Shown: positions 62,497 to 64,000 of the stretch, piece after piece
Numbering within the stretch: position 1 is the stretch's first letter
Layout: every line of letters begins with the position of its first letter
Sequence record: NZ_CP039562.1
Reading direction: 5' to 3' (one strand)
Length of the DNA stretch: 64,000 bases
Origin: a plasmid
Notes under the pieces: model-generated
What the model was told of the DNA's origin: nothing
The model's database searches: none
The model's input: the letters and a program-made list of their open reading frames with translations, nothing else
Program-made: the position numbers and the translations under genes

Positions 62497-62684
62497 ATAT
62501 CAGCACAGAAACCCGCGGAATTCTGCGTAATTACAGGGCCGTGATTAATGCGCGGCGTCGTGAAATGGGGCAGAAACCGCTCACCACCGCGCAGATTGTT
62601 GATGAAATCTGCGATTTTGTGGTGAATCAGCAGGCGGTTTTCCTGGGCGGTCACTACATCTTACAGGGTAGCAGAAACAGGTGA
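62493..62684 (+). CDS. Hypothetical small protein (63 aa)
   Basis: ORF overlaps the upstream stop by 4 nt. Confidence 0.25.
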   Translation: MNISTETRGILRNYRAVINARRREMGQKPLTTAQIVDEICDFVVNQQAVFLGGHYILQGSRNR

Positions 62685-63718
62685 TACAGGGGCAGGCGGT
62701 GGAGGCCGCCTGTCAGTCCGCGCGAAAACCCCTGGCAGGCTGACGCCTGCCGGAAGGGAAGCGGGCCACGCTGGCGCGTCGCCCGTTACCCTTCCCGTCT
62801 GTGATGTGTCTGACTCAGGAGTGTTTCTTTCTTATGTTATGGAACTGTTCCTGATGTTGTTGTTCCTTTATCTGCTGCTCTGATTCTGACTACTGCAGTG
62901 TTGTTCTGTCTGCCGGGCGCACCTTCGGCTCCCGGCTGCCTGGCGGCATCCGGTCGTCAGGCCCGACTCCGACAGGCAGCTGCTGGCGCACCCGCCAGTC
63001 TCCGCCGAACCCGCTGGCGCGGTTTCGGGCTGTCGCTACGGTCCGATGCGTGAAAACCCCGGGCTTGCAGCGACCGTTCCGGTCGCGCCACCCTTGTCGC
63101 GCCGTGGCCTGCGCTCCCGGCATCCCGGCAAAAGGCCGCCGGGATGTAAGGGGCAACGCCGTTTCGCGCACGCGCTCTCCGTCGTTGCGGCGGGTCCCTG
63201 CTCATTGCCTGCCGGTGCCACACACCCGTATGAGTCCCTGTCGCCGGGGGCTGATACAGCCACAACCTGCCGCACTGACTGTCCAGGGTAAATGAACAGC
63301 CCACAAAATTTTTTACCCAAAACCCGGTAAAAAATTTTGCGTTCTGCCCAGGACAGGTGCGTCAGGCCGTGGCAGTGATGCCCCTTGCGGCGAAGGTTCT
63401 CAAACGGGTGAAGTTCATACCACAGGGAATACAGCAGCAGGTTCCCGCGAAACGTCAAAACCGCGGCTCCCGAAACTCAACGGGTGATGTTCTTTAAAAA
63501 TCAGGATTTATTTCAGGCTCCGGCAATACGCATTTATGTGTTCTGTCAGTCATCCGGCTGGCAGGTAATGAGAACGCAGGAACAGAAGGAGGAAAACACC
63601 GGAGAACGTCAGACGCAGATATGAAAAAAGCAGGTCAGGGACCTGCTTAATCCACACCGCAGAGACTGCACGAACAGTCTTTACGGTTTCATTAATTAAC
63701 GTCATAAGAGGCTAAATT

Positions 63719-63949
63719 ATGACAGTAAGTATTGTTTCACCTTCCGCAGCGGCTGTAAAGCCCCGCCGTCATCCCCGTTTCAGACGCGAAGACATCCCCG
63801 CGCCGGAAATTGACCCCGTGCTGAAAGCCTTCGGGCGACACATTGCCCGGAGTTTTCACCGGGGGCGTGGTGTACACATCCCCGCCATGAAAAACACGGC
63901 CTTCGGGCAGGTGCTCCGCACACTCGAACTGAAACGCGCTTTTAACTGA
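63719..63949 (+). CDS. Hypothetical small basic protein (76 aa)
   Basis: ORF with an AGAGG RBS a few bp upstream. Confidence 0.3.
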   Translation: MTVSIVSPSAAAVKPRRHPRFRREDIPAPEIDPVLKAFGRHIARSFHRGRGVHIPAMKNTAFGQVLRTLELKRAFN

Positions 63950-64000
63950 TGAGGTGAGCCGCCCCGCGAGGGGCGGCAACAGACGGAAGGAGAACATTTT

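Overview
This window is a mosaic multidrug-resistance plasmid region. Gene names and family assignments are recalled from memory of well-known proteins, not from a database search.

(1) 1-6.3 kb: a sul2-type resistance island, floR (3' part) - truncated lysR - tetA(A)/tetR(A) - Tn5393 IR remnant - strB - strA - sul2. This matches the ARI-B / GIsul2-derived cluster of IncC (A/C2) plasmids.

(2) 6.4-29.3 kb: an IncC/SXT-like conjugative backbone.
- Small chromosomal-type ParA/ParB with three parS-like palindromes.
- A small HTH protein, two orphan DNA methyltransferases, topoisomerase III, a MOBH relaxase TraI, coupling protein TraD, TraL and a truncated traE.

(3) 29.3-56.3 kb: an accessory region bounded and punctuated by seven IS26 copies.
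- Resistance genes: catA2, a blaCTX-M-1-group gene with the A77V change of CTX-M-55 behind an ISEcp1 remnant, qnrS1, aac(3)-IId-tmrB, and mcr-3-dgkA with ISKpn40.
- Tn3-family remnants: Tn1721-like, Tn2, and a TnAs2-like fragment (family-level assignment).
- A defence-gene cluster: a Ppl-like PHP-domain + SMC/ABC-ATPase protein, a DUF4238 (Rst_DUF4238-like) gene, and an unrecognised low-GC 294-aa gene.

(4) 56.3-64 kb: an IncF-like module with stbB/stbA and centromere-like repeats, a DPPY methyltransferase, a KlcA/ArdB-like antirestriction protein and leading-region-like ORFs.

Two nested IS26-mediated inversions can be read directly from reverse-complement 8-bp target duplications. Undoing them reconstructs intact reading frames for both the DUF4238 gene and orf477/wbuC. 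No CRISPR array and no rRNA/tRNA genes were seen.
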